A stretch of DNA of 64,000 nucleotides from Carpediemonas membranifera BICM (GCA_019828565.1 JAHDYR010000005.1:271100-335099), one strand, 5' to 3'. Positions 1-10,928 are shown, counted from the first letter of the stretch. Numbers and translations are program-made. The notes: generated by a model from the letters alone, not told the origin.

Positions 1-95
1 GCCGGCGGGATATCCCCGTTGGTTAATGAAAAGAATGTCATGAGGCTAGGATAGCTAGCCTAGGATACTCTAGCTAGCCACTCGGAAACAAAATC

Positions 96-166
96 TGCAT
101 CAGCCGGGATTCGAACCCGGGTCCACACGATGGCAACGTGCGATGATACCCCTACACCACTGATGC
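96..166 (-). tRNA. tRNA-Gly (GCC)
   Basis: Reverse complement GCATCAGTGGTGTAGGGGTATCATCGCACGTTGCCATCGTGTGGACCCGGGTTCGAATCCCGGCTGATGCA folds into a cloverleaf with anticodon GCC and GGTTCGAATCC T-loop. No encoded CCA; followed by TTTT (Pol III terminator-like). Confidence 0.95.
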
Positions 167-209
167 GATGGAGACGTCAGCTCCGGCGTGAGATAATGGA
201 GCATGGGCG

Positions 210-704
210 ATGGATCTGCCTGATTCGATTTATTCGAGCCGAACGAATCGGGATCGAATCAATTACGGCCAGATGGCTGAAGAAACCGAGAACAACACCG
301 GGGACCGCACGCCTGAAGCAGAGAAGATCCCAGATCCGCAGAAGCGCATCAACGAACTAACAGGCGAGTTATTGACGCTTCGAGATTTAATGTCGCTGGA
401 GTGGCGCCACCCGGACTCACTAGCCATGCGTAACGAGTCCGAATGGCTGCAGATGCTCTACAGGGACATCGTCCTCCACCCGAGCTGGACAACCGAGACG
501 ATCAAGCTTCAGCTAATGCTCCGTCATGAGCTTCTCCTCATTAAGGACATCAATGGCTTTCACTACGCCGACGCAGTCAAGGACTACGTCAGAGCCCGAC
601 GTTCCAGGATCCGTGATTCCGAGAGCCTCACCGTCCTCATCGCAGAGGCCCGCTCCAGTGCCAGAGTCGCCCCCAAGAGCGATAAGCGCCCCAGAAAAAA
701 CTAA
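210..704 (+). CDS. X1 gag-like ORF1 (probable start ATG 273)
   Basis: Homologous to 26815-27309 and the split X6 ORF1 (MRxExxWL..LYR, RH.L..KD..G motifs); lies directly upstream of pol. Confidence 0.8.
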   Translation: MDLPDSIYSSRTNRDRINYGQMAEETENNTGDRTPEAEKIPDPQKRINELTGELLTLRDLMSLEWRHPDSLAMRNESEWLQMLYRDIVLHPSWTTETIKLQLMLRHELLLIKDINGFHYADAVKDYVRARRSRIRDSESLTVLIAEARSSARVAPKSDKRPRKN

Positions 705-706
705 TT

Positions 707-2665
707 GTGCAAGACCATCAATCAACCGAACCACCACTCCCCACAACCCGTCGAGCGGGTTCTCTCCGCCACTCAGTGGCCGCGTGGCGGCGCTTGGGAG
801 CGCCATCCGACGTGGTCTCTTGGGTTGGCGACGGCATACCCATCGAACTGACACAACAACCGAGCAATCCTCGAATATTCCATCTCCCAGAGAAGGACTT
901 AGCCAAGCTCGATCCGCTGGTGCGCGAAATGCTCTCATCGGGTGCCATACACCGCGTCTCATCACCACCGAAGCTCACATGTCCTCTCTTTCCAGTCCCG
1001 AAGGGTACAGACAAATGGAGAGCAGTCCACAACCTCATACCGCTCAACAAGGTCTCCAAAGAGCGCCGTACGTTCCGCTTGTTCGGTGCCAAGAGAGCAG
1101 TTTTAAGCCTTGCGCCAGGAGACATGATGATGTCGCTAGATCTCCATGCAGGCTACCACCACGTGTCCATTCACCCATCATCGCAGTCCCTCCTAGGCTT
1201 TATTCACCGCGGCGTCCACTATCAGTTCACAGTCCTCCCATTCGGATGGTCCGCGGCGCCATTCTACTTCCAGAAGATCATGATTACCGTAGCGAAGATT
1301 ATCAAGCGCCATTGCCGCGGTGTAGGAGTTGCCGTCTATCTGGACGACCTTCTATTCTTCGGGAAGAAGAAGGCCCTTCTGCGCGAGCGCCAGCGCCTCC
1401 TGGACATCATGAATCAGCTAGGCTTTATCATCAACCACGACAAGTCAGTCCTAGAGCCCACCACAGTCCTGACATACCTCGGCATGCGCATCGACTCAGC
1501 TGCTCGGGTCATTTCCCTAGACTCGAAGAAGCGCAGCAGATACCGCCAATTGGTCGAGAGTGCGCTGATAGAAGGCAATATGAGCAACAAGAGGTGGCAA
1601 TCCCTCATCGGGAAGCTATCCTTCGCATCTCTGTGCTTCCCCGACGGCCGCGCATGGCTGAGACCTCTTCAGACAGCCACCGAGACGGAGAAAGGCTTTA
1701 CGAAAGCCGTCCTCAAGGCCCTATCGTACTGGAAGCAACTGCTGAGCAGCGAAGATCATCCTCCCCGCTCCTTCGACTCCCTGATCAGCATGTGGGGCGC
1801 AAGCCCGGCAATCGACATCCACATCCAGTCGGACGCCTCAGAAAAGGGCTTAGCTGCCATTATCAGGGACGGCTGCAAGCAGACGATCGTATCCTCCTCC
1901 GTCTCCCCCAACAGCCCGCTCCAGAACGAGTCCATTGCGGTGAAAGAGTTCTTTGCGGCGACGAACGCCGTGGAGACGCTCCTTCCACATCTAACGGACA
2001 GGGAGATCACCGTATTCATCGACAACAGCAACGCCTGCGCCTGGTTGAACAAGCAGGGATCAACGCGAGCCCCGCCGATGATCCAGGACGCTTGTCTCAC
2101 CCTCTTTTCCCGCTTGGCCGCCTGCCAGATCACACTGAGAGCCCAGCACGTCAGCGGGCACCTCAATGTCTCCGCAGATGCTCTGTCGAGATACCAGCGA
2201 CTGGAATGGCGGACACCACGAGGGATCCTCGCTGCCATACTGGAGGAGTGGGGCCCTCTCGAGGTCGACGTGACTGGTGGGAGGGACAAGGAGTTACTAC
2301 TTCCCGGCTTCGTCGAGCGTTCGCTCACGCTGGCCGAGAGCGGCATGAGCTCGGAGTGGCGCAGCAAGAGAGTCTTCGCAGCACCACCATACGCCCTTCT
2401 TCCAGCCGTAGCCAACCGACTGGCCCTCATTCGCGCCTCACCAGCCTCACATCCGAGGCATACCAAGTCTGCAGTGGTCGTGGTGATGCCCGACGTCCAG
2501 TCCGAGGCGGTACGCCGCATCAAGGGCCTCTCCCCCTTCAAGAGAACGTTCAGGGTCTACGCGGAGGACATGAAGGACTCAGAGCTCCAGAACATCCTCG
2601 TGGGGGAAAAGCCGCGGCTCCTCGCCGTCTTCGTGCCGACGACGCCGCTTTCAACGCAGTACTAG
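707..2665 (+). CDS. X1 pol: reverse transcriptase, RNase H, degenerate adenine methyltransferase-like domain
   Basis: DLHAGYH, LPFGW, YLDD; SDAS...DNS...NVSADALSR; C-terminal WGPLEVDV...VFAAPPY. Confidence 0.92.
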   Translation: MQDHQSTEPPLPTTRRAGSLRHSVAAWRRLGAPSDVVSWVGDGIPIELTQQPSNPRIFHLPEKDLAKLDPLVREMLSSGAIHRVSSPPKLTCPLFPVPKGTDKWRAVHNLIPLNKVSKERRTFRLFGAKRAVLSLAPGDMMMSLDLHAGYHHVSIHPSSQSLLGFIHRGVHYQFTVLPFGWSAAPFYFQKIMITVAKIIKRHCRGVGVAVYLDDLLFFGKKKALLRERQRLLDIMNQLGFIINHDKSVLEPTTVLTYLGMRIDSAARVISLDSKKRSRYRQLVESALIEGNMSNKRWQSLIGKLSFASLCFPDGRAWLRPLQTATETEKGFTKAVLKALSYWKQLLSSEDHPPRSFDSLISMWGASPAIDIHIQSDASEKGLAAIIRDGCKQTIVSSSVSPNSPLQNESIAVKEFFAATNAVETLLPHLTDREITVFIDNSNACAWLNKQGSTRAPPMIQDACLTLFSRLAACQITLRAQHVSGHLNVSADALSRYQRLEWRTPRGILAAILEEWGPLEVDVTGGRDKELLLPGFVERSLTLAESGMSSEWRSKRVFAAPPYALLPAVANRLALIRASPASHPRHTKSAVVVVMPDVQSEAVRRIKGLSPFKRTFRVYAEDMKDSELQNILVGEKPRLLAVFVPTTPLSTQY

Positions 2666-3545
2666 GTCTAGACGAGCTCAAAGGCTACGTGGCAACGACC
2701 AGGCGTGACACGGCGGGTGTCGTCTCCCAGTTCCTGACCTTCCGAGAGGCCAACCCGGCATCGGACCGCGACACATTCCTGGCGTGGCTCGCTCGCGAGG
2801 CTGAGCTAGTAGGCCCAGACCGTCTGGCGCACCGGGGCTCGCTGGTGGTAAGGTTTGCACCCCTGGTATCAACGTGGGCACCCCCAGCTGCTCAAAAGGC
2901 ATTCATCACCGAAGCGAAGCGCGCTACAGTCCCCAGGCCGCAACGCAAGGTCCCAGTGCGGGCTGCACGCATCCACCGCCTGATCCCCAAACTCGCCGGC
3001 CGCGACGAGGAGTTCCACCAAGCCTTCTTATTCGGCGTCGTTGCCTACGCAACAATGTCGAGGCGCAGTGAGATCCTACCCCTCACTCCTCGGGATATCA
3101 GGGTGAAAGCAGGACTCGGCGTCTCTATCACCATCGACTCCACCAAGACAGGGCTTCGCGCAGTTAAGAAGTTCATCCCGTGGGTCGAAGGCGCGCTCAA
3201 TCCGGCAGGGATGCTCATGGCTCACCTGCAGCGCTGGTGCCAGGACAGAGACGCCACCATCTGGAAGTCCCCCAACCTCGATGGGTCGAGGCTGGACCGA
3301 GGGCCGTTGCCCCCGCTATGCTCCAAGACAAGCTGAAGCAGGTCTTTGGAGACCCAGTTGGATCCCATAGCTTCCGTCGCGGGGCCGCAGCGGACGCTGT
3401 ACTTCGCGGAATGCCCACTCCAGTGGTCATGGCCCTCGGTACTTGGAAGTCCGAGAGTTCCCTCCAGAGCTACATCGCCGAAGCGGTGCGGCTCGACCAG
3501 GAGACAGCTGTGACGAGGTGCGAATGGTTCGCGCACCTCGAATAG
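2620..3545 (+). CDS. X1 tyrosine recombinase (frameshift near 3310)
   Basis: C-terminal part of ORF 526-3336 (SRRSEI, STKTG) continues in ORF 3180-3545 (HSFRRGAA, GTWKS..LQSY). Start approximate. Confidence 0.85.
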
Positions 3546-4049
3546 CAGTCGTCTCCTTCCTTTACTCGTACGGGTACGAGTGGTCCATAAAGATTGAATG
3601 GTCACCATCGGGATGGTGTAGGCGTGCGGGCGGGAAGCCCCAGGAGAATTCATAAGTGAATGTGAGTGTCTGCCTAGTCAGACGCGGACCACTGTCCAAG
3701 AAGCGGGCAAGGGTGCCCGGACGTGCGGGAGCACTTGGGGCTTGGAGCCCCGTTTACGTTTCCCAGCCCGATGGGCGCGCATCCGTCTCGGAGGCGCCAT
3801 CCTGGTGTTGGCCATCTGGTGCCTTAAAATGCGAGGCCTTAAAATGCCTCAGAATTCGCGCCAAAATGGCCAACGCCAACGAGGAGCTTATTGCGAAGAT
3901 TGACAAGCAGGACAAGCTTATTAAAGCTTTAACCGCCAGAATGGCGGAGCAGGAGGAGAAGCAAGAAGATCTAAGAGTGTGATATTGTGAGAACCAAACT
4001 AAATGACGCATTCCAAAAGGATTTTTGATTCATTCAAAGGAAAGTTGGA

Positions 4050-4520
4050 ATGCCTTGTACTATATGCCGCGCAACAGGCCATCACGCCGGAACCTGCCCG
4101 CTTGTTACCCTTAAAAACAAGCTAGATGGTGGGTGTAGCATTTTTGGGACAATGCGAGACATACTGACGGCGAATGGGACAGTGAAGCGCCTTCCGGTTG
4201 AGAGAATCGCTTCATGGGCGGTTCAAGTTATCCTCGACAAGGCAGATATGACTGAGATTCCAATGGGCCTTTCGCATCGCGAATACAGCCGTTCATCATC
4301 CCAGTCATCCGGGTCCTTCATCTCTGTATCATCACCACCGGCTCTTCCAGTCGACGCAAGCTTCGTGCATGTTCCTGTGCCTACTGAAGCAGTAGCTGAT
4401 CTCTATACGTGGCTACACAACAGGCGCCTGGCAGCTGGTCGCGTCAGTACTGTCTCAGCATCTCAGGCGCTGGATGCGTCTGGGTTGGACGGTACAGAGG
4501 AAGACGACGTGGAAGAATAA
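4050..4520 (+). CDS. Tn1 accessory protein with N-terminal CCHC zinc knuckle
   Basis: CTICRATGHHAGTC; homologous to 59822-60271; lies inside the TIRs. Confidence 0.85.
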   Translation: MPCTICRATGHHAGTCPLVTLKNKLDGGCSIFGTMRDILTANGTVKRLPVERIASWAVQVILDKADMTEIPMGLSHREYSRSSSQSSGSFISVSSPPALPVDASFVHVPVPTEAVADLYTWLHNRRLAAGRVSTVSASQALDASGLDGTEEDDVEE

Positions 4521-4612
4521 ACCTTTGGTTGCACCTCTTGATCGTTTATTATCCTCAGTGTTGCCCATGGTCCGTGTATGGCGCCTTGGAGGTGATGACA
4601 TAAACTGCACGT

Positions 4613-5568
4613 TTACCAATACCCCACTTTACGGAACAATGCGGGCAAGTTGACAAGTTCTGACACGCTATCGAAGGCTTCGGTGATGTATGGCAGGGCA
4701 TCTTCGTTCCTGCCACGGTTTTTGATCACTTCTCTCTTCACACAGGCAAACACTGTCTCAATGGGGTTCAAAAAGGAGCATAGCCAGGTAGAAAGAAGAA
4801 GGTTACTCCGTACTCCTTGCTCAGTGGCTCATACAGCTCAGCGCGTCCCGTCTTATGACTCCGTGCGTTATCGAGCACCATGACCTTGTGCTGACCGCGG
4901 ATACGCTCTAAGAAGCGACGTAGAACAGTAAAGAAGTCGTCCGCGTTGTACGTTCCCTCGGTGATAGCCCGGTCTATGATCCCATTTACGCCGAGGAGGG
5001 CGCATACTGAAACGCGCTTGCCCACAACTTTCCCGCTGGCCCTGCTCACCGAGTCGCCCACGGCCATCCACCCCTTGGTTCGTGCCTGATGGGGGTCGAA
5101 GGAGGTCTCGTCTAAGAAGACAAGATCTTTGAACGCGTGCTGAGGGCGGATTACCGTGGCGTACTCGGCCCAGAACTCACCGATACGTGTGGGGTCGCTC
5201 TCATACCACATCTTGAGGCCCAGCTTGTAGTTGTAGCGGTGCTTTTTGAGCCAGCGGCGGAGGTGAGATACGGAGGGAGGGTCTTCTACCCAGCCTGCTA
5301 GGATGCCTCGAAGATCAGCAGCAGTGAACTGTCTGTCTTTATCCTCGCACCTAGCAACAGCTCGCATTATCAACTTGTCGTGCTTCATAGTCGATTTGTG
5401 TTCCCGCTTCCGCTTCTTGATCGTTCCTTGGTGCGTATAGTACAACCGTTTCCAACGTGTGACTGTTGACCGGCTTATTATGCCGAGTTGCTTCATTATA
5501 TCTTTCTCGGAGGCCCCTTGGTCCATCATAAGACCAAAACGTATTCGCGTCTCAATCCCATAGGCCAT
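4613..5568 (-). CDS. Tn1 DD37E-spaced Tc1/IS630 transposase (1-nt frameshift in T run near 4770)
   Basis: HTH N-terminus, FLDETSF, LDNARSH, PGYAPF then LNPIE in the shifted frame. Confidence 0.9.
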
Positions 5569-5786
5569 GAGAATCAATACAATTATGACGCATGAAGTCG
5601 AGAATGAATGCGTCATTTATTCTGGCTTCGACAATATATACATATAATATATATACATATAATTACATATAATTACCCTCTACATATAATCCCCTGATCT
5701 CGATACGGTCAATGGCCGTCTCGACTCGACACAATTGGTGTCGCCATATAAAGCAGTGCACCCTTCACAGTGTTAACACTGCGGTA

Positions 5787-7235
5787 ATGATCCCCAGCTC
5801 AATGATTGTCCCGTCGCTCGATGCCGACTTTAATTCTGAAGACCTACGCCGTTTCCAAACGGATCTTGCCCGTCTCAAGGCAATTACAAGAGACCGCAAC
5901 GTTCGTATGGCTACCTTCATGGCTCCCGAGACGCTGGACCTCCTGGAAGACTTCTTCGGAGAGGAGAATCTCATCGACGAAGACGACGAAACCATCGCGG
6001 ACTACTTGCATCGCTTTTTGGCTCCGTCATCCACTGCCGAGCTTAAGTCAAAGCTCCAAAGCCTCATTTGCCCCACAGACGAACATTCCGAACGTGTAGC
6101 ACTCATTCGCCAGTTTATTCGGTCCTTCCGTGCGACATTCGTCGACATGGAGGACAGCGACTCGGAGTCAGAGAGTGAGGGTGGCCTCATTGAGGAACAC
6201 GTCTCACAGATGGAGCGCCAAGCAATGAAGCTCTTCATCGATGCCCTGGAGCCGAAGCCGTTCCGAGAGGCGGTCAAATTTGCGGCCAAAGTCAAGCGCC
6301 CCTCGAACCTCAAGGCAATGTACTCCCTAGCCACCCGAGAAGCAAAGCGAGACGACGCGGCCCGCCAAGAAGCCGAACGTTACGGCTATTATAGGCCGCC
6401 CCAGGCAAAGACCAAGTCCAAGAAGCCCCGAGGCCAGACCTCCAAGCCTTCTCCGTCCGACAGTCGCTCTTCTCCAGCCGATCGTCGCGAGCCCCGCCAC
6501 AACAGCTCCGACAAGGCCAATGACGTCGACCCGGCCAAGAAGCCTCCCCATCGCCCTTGCTCTAGCTGCGGTGGCTGGCACTGGGACTCCCAGTGTCCGA
6601 CAGGCAAGCCCGAGGTGAACCTCCTAGAGAACGCCAAGCCCCTCATGACCTCCGGCCAAATAAATGGCCAGCAGTGTTCGTTTCGTTTGGATACAGGGGC
6701 GACGTTCTCAGCGGTGACGGAGGGAGCAGTGGAACAATTTCACTTACCAACTTGCACCGGGCCAACGATACACTACGTGACCGCTGATCAGCGAGTGTCG
6801 AAGACAAACACCTATGCCACCGCTACAATAATATTGGAGAGGCTGACGCCGGTTGACATCGAGATACAGGTACGGCTAGTGGTACTCCCAGGCGCTCCGG
6901 TCAAGACCATCGTCGGTCTAGACATTCTTCGCGAGCTCGGAGTCGTGACGAACGATGAACTCTTCATCAGGCTCATCGATAAGGCCGAGGATGGCGACGA
7001 TGGGGATGACATTGATGTTGAGATTAATCAGGTGGAGGAGACGTTGGATGACTCACTGTCGGCCATCACTGTGCCGGATTCAGACATAGCTCCCGACATA
7101 TGGGCGCTGATCCGGGAGTTTGCCGAGCTGTTCGGGGGACTACCCCCGGAGGGTTTCTACCCTTGGCCCCATGGCCATAGATACATCCGAAGACGCGCTC
7201 ATCCAGAGCCGCCCGAGACACCTGGGACCCCCTAA
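5787..7235 (+). CDS. gypsy A gag-protease
   Basis: CSSCGGWHWDSQC knuckle and LDTGA protease motif. Confidence 0.88.
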   Translation: MIPSSMIVPSLDADFNSEDLRRFQTDLARLKAITRDRNVRMATFMAPETLDLLEDFFGEENLIDEDDETIADYLHRFLAPSSTAELKSKLQSLICPTDEHSERVALIRQFIRSFRATFVDMEDSDSESESEGGLIEEHVSQMERQAMKLFIDALEPKPFREAVKFAAKVKRPSNLKAMYSLATREAKRDDAARQEAERYGYYRPPQAKTKSKKPRGQTSKPSPSDSRSSPADRREPRHNSSDKANDVDPAKKPPHRPCSSCGGWHWDSQCPTGKPEVNLLENAKPLMTSGQINGQQCSFRLDTGATFSAVTEGAVEQFHLPTCTGPTIHYVTADQRVSKTNTYATATIILERLTPVDIEIQVRLVVLPGAPVKTIVGLDILRELGVVTNDELFIRLIDKAEDGDDGDDIDVEINQVEETLDDSLSAITVPDSDIAPDIWALIREFAELFGGLPPEGFYPWPHGHRYIRRRAHPEPPETPGTP

Positions 7236-9777
7236 GCGGGAGTTAGTGCGGCAGGAAGTCCGCCGGTTGAAGCGGGAAGGTATTATCCGAGACTGCCGTG
7301 GGCCGTGGGCAAGCCCAATAGTGGTCGCCACGAAGAAGGATGGGGCTATTCGACTCTGTGTGGACCTCACTGCGGTCAACAACGTAACCAAGCCGGACCG
7401 GTTCCCGCTGCCGGACCTACGGTCCTTCGTCCACGAGGCCGCAGGTGCTGAGTGGTTCAGCAGTATGGACCTCACTTCAGGGTACCATCAGATGAAGGTC
7501 CGGCCCGAAGACGTTTTCAAGACGGGGTTCGTCACCCCCGACGACTATTGCGAGTTTGTTCGCACGCCGTTCGGCTTGAGGAATGCTCCTGCGGTGTTCC
7601 AGCGGGAGATGCAGCGCAGCCTGGCACCAGTCTTGCACAAGGGCGCTTGCGTGTACATCGACGATATTCTGAACTATGCCCGGACGGCAGAGGAATACCT
7701 TGCTACACTCCGGACGGTCTTCGAGTGTTTGAGAGCGGCCAGACTAAGGCTGGCACCCAAGAAGTGCACGTTCGGAGCCAAGAGCGTGGAAGTGGTCGGG
7801 TTCGTCATTGACGGAACCGGCAGTCGCGTGTCGGAGTCGAGGATTGCCTCGCTCAGGGCCCTAGCTAGGCCCAACAACATGACAGATCTCCGCGGCATCA
7901 TTGGAAAATTCAACTATCTGGCAAGGTTCATACCGGACTGCCAGAGGGTCCTCGCCCCGCTCTACGAGATCAAGGATATGGGGCAGTGGACCGACGAGCA
8001 CGACGGCATAGTACGCGAGCTCGCAGAGACGGTAGCGAACGCAGCGGCGCTAGTGTTCCCCGACCTGACAAAGCCGTGGCAGCTATACACTGATGCTTCT
8101 GACGAGGGCATCGGCGGGGTCCTGCTTCAGGGTGACCCAGGGGAAGAACAGGTAGTTGCCTTTTTCAGCAAGAAGTTCTCGGCAGTTCAAGGGCGGTGGT
8201 CGACGTATGACAAGGAACTATACGCCATTGTACACTGCGTGACACAGCCCGACCTCGCCCCGCTGTTCAAGCTACACCCAGACCTCACTGTGTGTTCCGA
8301 CCACAAGAACCTACTATTCCTTCACAAGCGGAAGGACCTCAGCGCCAAGCTCGAGAGGTGGAGGATTATCCTGGGCGAGTATCCGTTCAGGCTGCGGCAT
8401 GTAGCCGGGAAGGACAACGTAGTAGCGGATGCCCTATCCCGACTGCCGATGGAGACAAACTTACTCGACCGGCAACAGATTCCTGACGACGCTCGTGCAT
8501 TACTAGAGTCTCTACATGGGGGCAGTGCGGGCCACGTTCCATTGGCAGCAATGCAGGACCGGGCGGGTGATCGATGGGAGGAGATTAGACCCTTCACTCG
8601 CCAGTGGGTCGAAGAGTGCCCCATATGCCAGAAGGCACGGGAACCGGGGCGTACGAGAGTCCCCTGGCACTCCACGCAGCACAGGCAGCCATTCGAGGTG
8701 GTGCAGCTTGATACTATCGGGCCCCTCCCCCAATCACCGCACGGCAACCAGTACGTTGTCGTAGTCATTGATGCGTTCTCGAAGTACGTGGACGTCTACC
8801 CGGTGAAGAGCACCGACGCCCAGGGGGCGGCCGAGGTGGTTGCCCGCGTGTGTGGTCGATGGGGAGTACCACAGACGATCCAGACTGACCAAGGCTCGCA
8901 GTTCCGAAATGAACTCGTCAACCAAGTCACGACTCGACTGACCCTCAACCATCGATTCTCCACCGCATATCATCCTGCTAGTAATGGCATAGTGGAGAGA
9001 GCCAATGGCACGTTGGTCCGAGCTCTACGCAAGCTGTTGTTGGAGGCGGAAGACGACCAGTGGGAGCACTGGCTCCCGGTCGCGCAGCTGGTGATTAACA
9101 GCGCGCCACACAGCACGCTAGGGGGCATGAGCCCACTCCAATGCCTCTTCGGCATCTCACCCGCCGTTCTTAAGTCGGCCGAGCAGTTGGCACCGATGGC
9201 GGAGGCTGTCGGGGCCCCGGCGGATCTGGCAGAGTGGGCACGGGCTCGGCAGGGCTTCAGAGCGGCAGCGGAACAAGCGGTGGGTGAGTATGAACGCCGC
9301 CAGGCTGCGAAACAGCCGGCTGAGTCTCAGTCTAAGGTACGGACTGGCGACCTCTATTTTGTGAGGTGGGCAACGAGACAGACGAAGTTGACTGCTAAGG
9401 CCCGTGGACCGATGCAGGCCGTCGGGCAAGGGGAAAGCCCGAACACCTGGCGCATGAAGGACTTAATCTCGCACAAGGTGGTACTGATCCATGAGGAACG
9501 GATAAGCGTGGCTAAGGTCTCGATGGAGCAAGCGGTGCGCTTAGCGGCACGGGATCATCAGGAATTCGTTGTCGAAAGGATCGTAGGCCACAAGCTCGGT
9601 AGTAGGAAGAATCGTTCGGCCATCTTGATCGAATGGGCCGGTTTTGAACCAGATGAAGCCACTTGGGAACCGTTGAACGCGGCGAATGCGCAGCTAAGAG
9701 CTCTGGACGACTATTTGGACACTTTGACATCAGTAAGTAGGAAAAGGCTGGAAGGAACCATCCCGAAGCGCCATTAG
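7120..9777 (+). CDS. gypsy A RT-RNaseH-integrase-chromodomain
   Basis: YIDD, TDAS, HHCC/DDE integrase, C-terminal FVVERIVGH..IEWAGF..TWEP. Confidence 0.95.
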   Translation: MPSCSGDYPRRVSTLGPMAIDTSEDALIQSRPRHLGPPKRELVRQEVRRLKREGIIRDCRGPWASPIVVATKKDGAIRLCVDLTAVNNVTKPDRFPLPDLRSFVHEAAGAEWFSSMDLTSGYHQMKVRPEDVFKTGFVTPDDYCEFVRTPFGLRNAPAVFQREMQRSLAPVLHKGACVYIDDILNYARTAEEYLATLRTVFECLRAARLRLAPKKCTFGAKSVEVVGFVIDGTGSRVSESRIASLRALARPNNMTDLRGIIGKFNYLARFIPDCQRVLAPLYEIKDMGQWTDEHDGIVRELAETVANAAALVFPDLTKPWQLYTDASDEGIGGVLLQGDPGEEQVVAFFSKKFSAVQGRWSTYDKELYAIVHCVTQPDLAPLFKLHPDLTVCSDHKNLLFLHKRKDLSAKLERWRIILGEYPFRLRHVAGKDNVVADALSRLPMETNLLDRQQIPDDARALLESLHGGSAGHVPLAAMQDRAGDRWEEIRPFTRQWVEECPICQKAREPGRTRVPWHSTQHRQPFEVVQLDTIGPLPQSPHGNQYVVVVIDAFSKYVDVYPVKSTDAQGAAEVVARVCGRWGVPQTIQTDQGSQFRNELVNQVTTRLTLNHRFSTAYHPASNGIVERANGTLVRALRKLLLEAEDDQWEHWLPVAQLVINSAPHSTLGGMSPLQCLFGISPAVLKSAEQLAPMAEAVGAPADLAEWARARQGFRAAAEQAVGEYERRQAAKQPAESQSKVRTGDLYFVRWATRQTKLTAKARGPMQAVGQGESPNTWRMKDLISHKVVLIHEERISVAKVSMEQAVRLAARDHQEFVVERIVGHKLGSRKNRSAILIEWAGFEPDEATWEPLNAANAQLRALDDYLDTLTSVSRKRLEGTIPKRH

Positions 9778-9941
9778 GGAAATGTCGACGACGAACTTCG
9801 TTGTTGCGGACTCCTCGACGATTTATCGACTCCTGGACTATCCGCCGACTTCTGGACGATTACGTCAAGGGTCAGAGATTTGCCCTGGATTTTTTTTTTC
9901 TCAGGAGTGAGGATTTATTTTTTTGGGTGGGGAGGGGGTAG

Positions 9942-10071
9942 TGTGATATATACATATAATATATATACATATAATTACCCTCTACATATAATCCCCTGAT
10001 CTCGATACGGTCAATGGCCGTCTCGACTCGACACAATTGGTGTCGCCATATAAAGCAGTGCACCCTTCACA
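9942..10071 (+). repeat. gypsy A 3' LTR (130 bp)
   Basis: Direct repeat of 3978-3984 plus 5637-5769. Confidence 0.95.
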
Positions 10072-10928
10072 AGAGAACCTAAGAGACTTGATGGTGTTAT
10101 CAAGGAGTACCGCGCTTGGAAGCAGTTCTTTGCTGATTTTAAGGCGGATATTAAGGGCCGTACAGAGAAACCGTCTGTTGGAGACGTATTCGACACCGCT
10201 AAGGCGATGATCGACAAGCGCCTCGAGTACCTGAGAACAGTCGACACTTTTGGAGATGCTGTGGCTGCAGTGTACCTTGTCGAGGCCGAAGGTCTGACAG
10301 GCAAGAAGGACTTCGCGCGTGCCGCGATGAAGGCCGCCAAGAACCTCAACGCCAGACCGATCACCAAGAGACCTCACGGCGGTAGCTCTAAGTTCTGCAC
10401 GGTGTGCAGACGCAGAGGACACTCCGCTCACGAGTGCTGGCGCAGCCAGTCGTCCAACCAGAAGTAAAGGTTGGCTCTGTTTTTTTTTGTCTTACGCAGG
10501 TTAAGGACGAGAAGAGAAGGCGATGACGGAGCGTGAGCTTCAAGAAGCCCTATCATTGAACGCAAGTTTACCTACTGTAGGTTCTATCTCGTCCCGGTTG
10601 GAGACATGGCGGCGCACGCGCCCTCCAGCAGAGGTTTTAGAAGCTGTCAAAGGAGTCGCGATCGGCGCTCCAGAGAAGGAGGTTCATGAATACTCCCAGC
10701 ACAGTGCACAGGCACAAGCCAGATTACACGAAGAAGTCAGCAAATTGATCGAACTCGGAGCAGTAGAAGAGGTAGCATCCAAACCAAGCGGGATTTGTCC
10801 CATTTTCACCATCATTAAGTCAGACAAGGTCTCATGGAGGCTCATATGTGACGCGGTCCACTCCCTCTTCTTCCCCGCAGTTTAAGTAAATCGTTCAACG
10901 TCCCAGCACAGTGATCACTGCTGAACTA

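Larger units (their letters stand above)
170..3790 (+). mobile_element. YR retrotransposon X1 (DIRS/PAT-like); boundaries approximate
   Basis: gag-like ORF, RT-RNaseH-MT-like pol and overlapping tyrosine recombinase. Confidence 0.85.
3985..5634 (-). mobile_element. Tc1/IS630-type DNA transposon Tn1, inserted in gypsy A 5' LTR
   Basis: TA TSD (3983-84, 5635-36); imperfect 29-bp TIRs sharing TAAATGACGCATTC; DDE transposase. Confidence 0.93.
3978..10071 (+). mobile_element. Ty3/gypsy chromodomain LTR retrotransposon A
   Basis: TG..CA LTRs (5' LTR 3978-5769 split by a DNA transposon; 3' LTR 9942-10071), AGAG TSD, PPT 9925-9941. Confidence 0.95.
3866..10467 (+). pseudogene. Y2 gag with C-terminal CCHC knuckle, split into 3866-3977 and 10076-10467
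   Basis: Removing 3978-10075 gives in-frame EDLREPKRLDGVIKEY...CTVCRRRGHSAHEC; homologous to 18358-18885 and 30647-31168. Confidence 0.88.

Noticed and set aside
43-80. GGCTAGGATAGCTAGCC-type short repeat/dyad downstream of the tRNA
   Set aside because: Too short and too close to the window edge to interpret.
513-2541. Antisense and alternative-frame ORFs over RT/integrase genes throughout the window
   Set aside because: Shadow ORFs of GC-rich coding sequence with no recognisable motifs.
5635-5692. TATATACATATAAT repeats as a CRISPR array or independent satellite
   Set aside because: No spacers; this is part of the gypsy A LTR and recurs at 9947-9992.
5770-5790. Tf1-type self-priming or priming by the local tRNA-Gly
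   Set aside because: Only 5-6 nt of complementarity to LTR sequence was found and none to the tRNA 3' end. Not excluded without TSS data.
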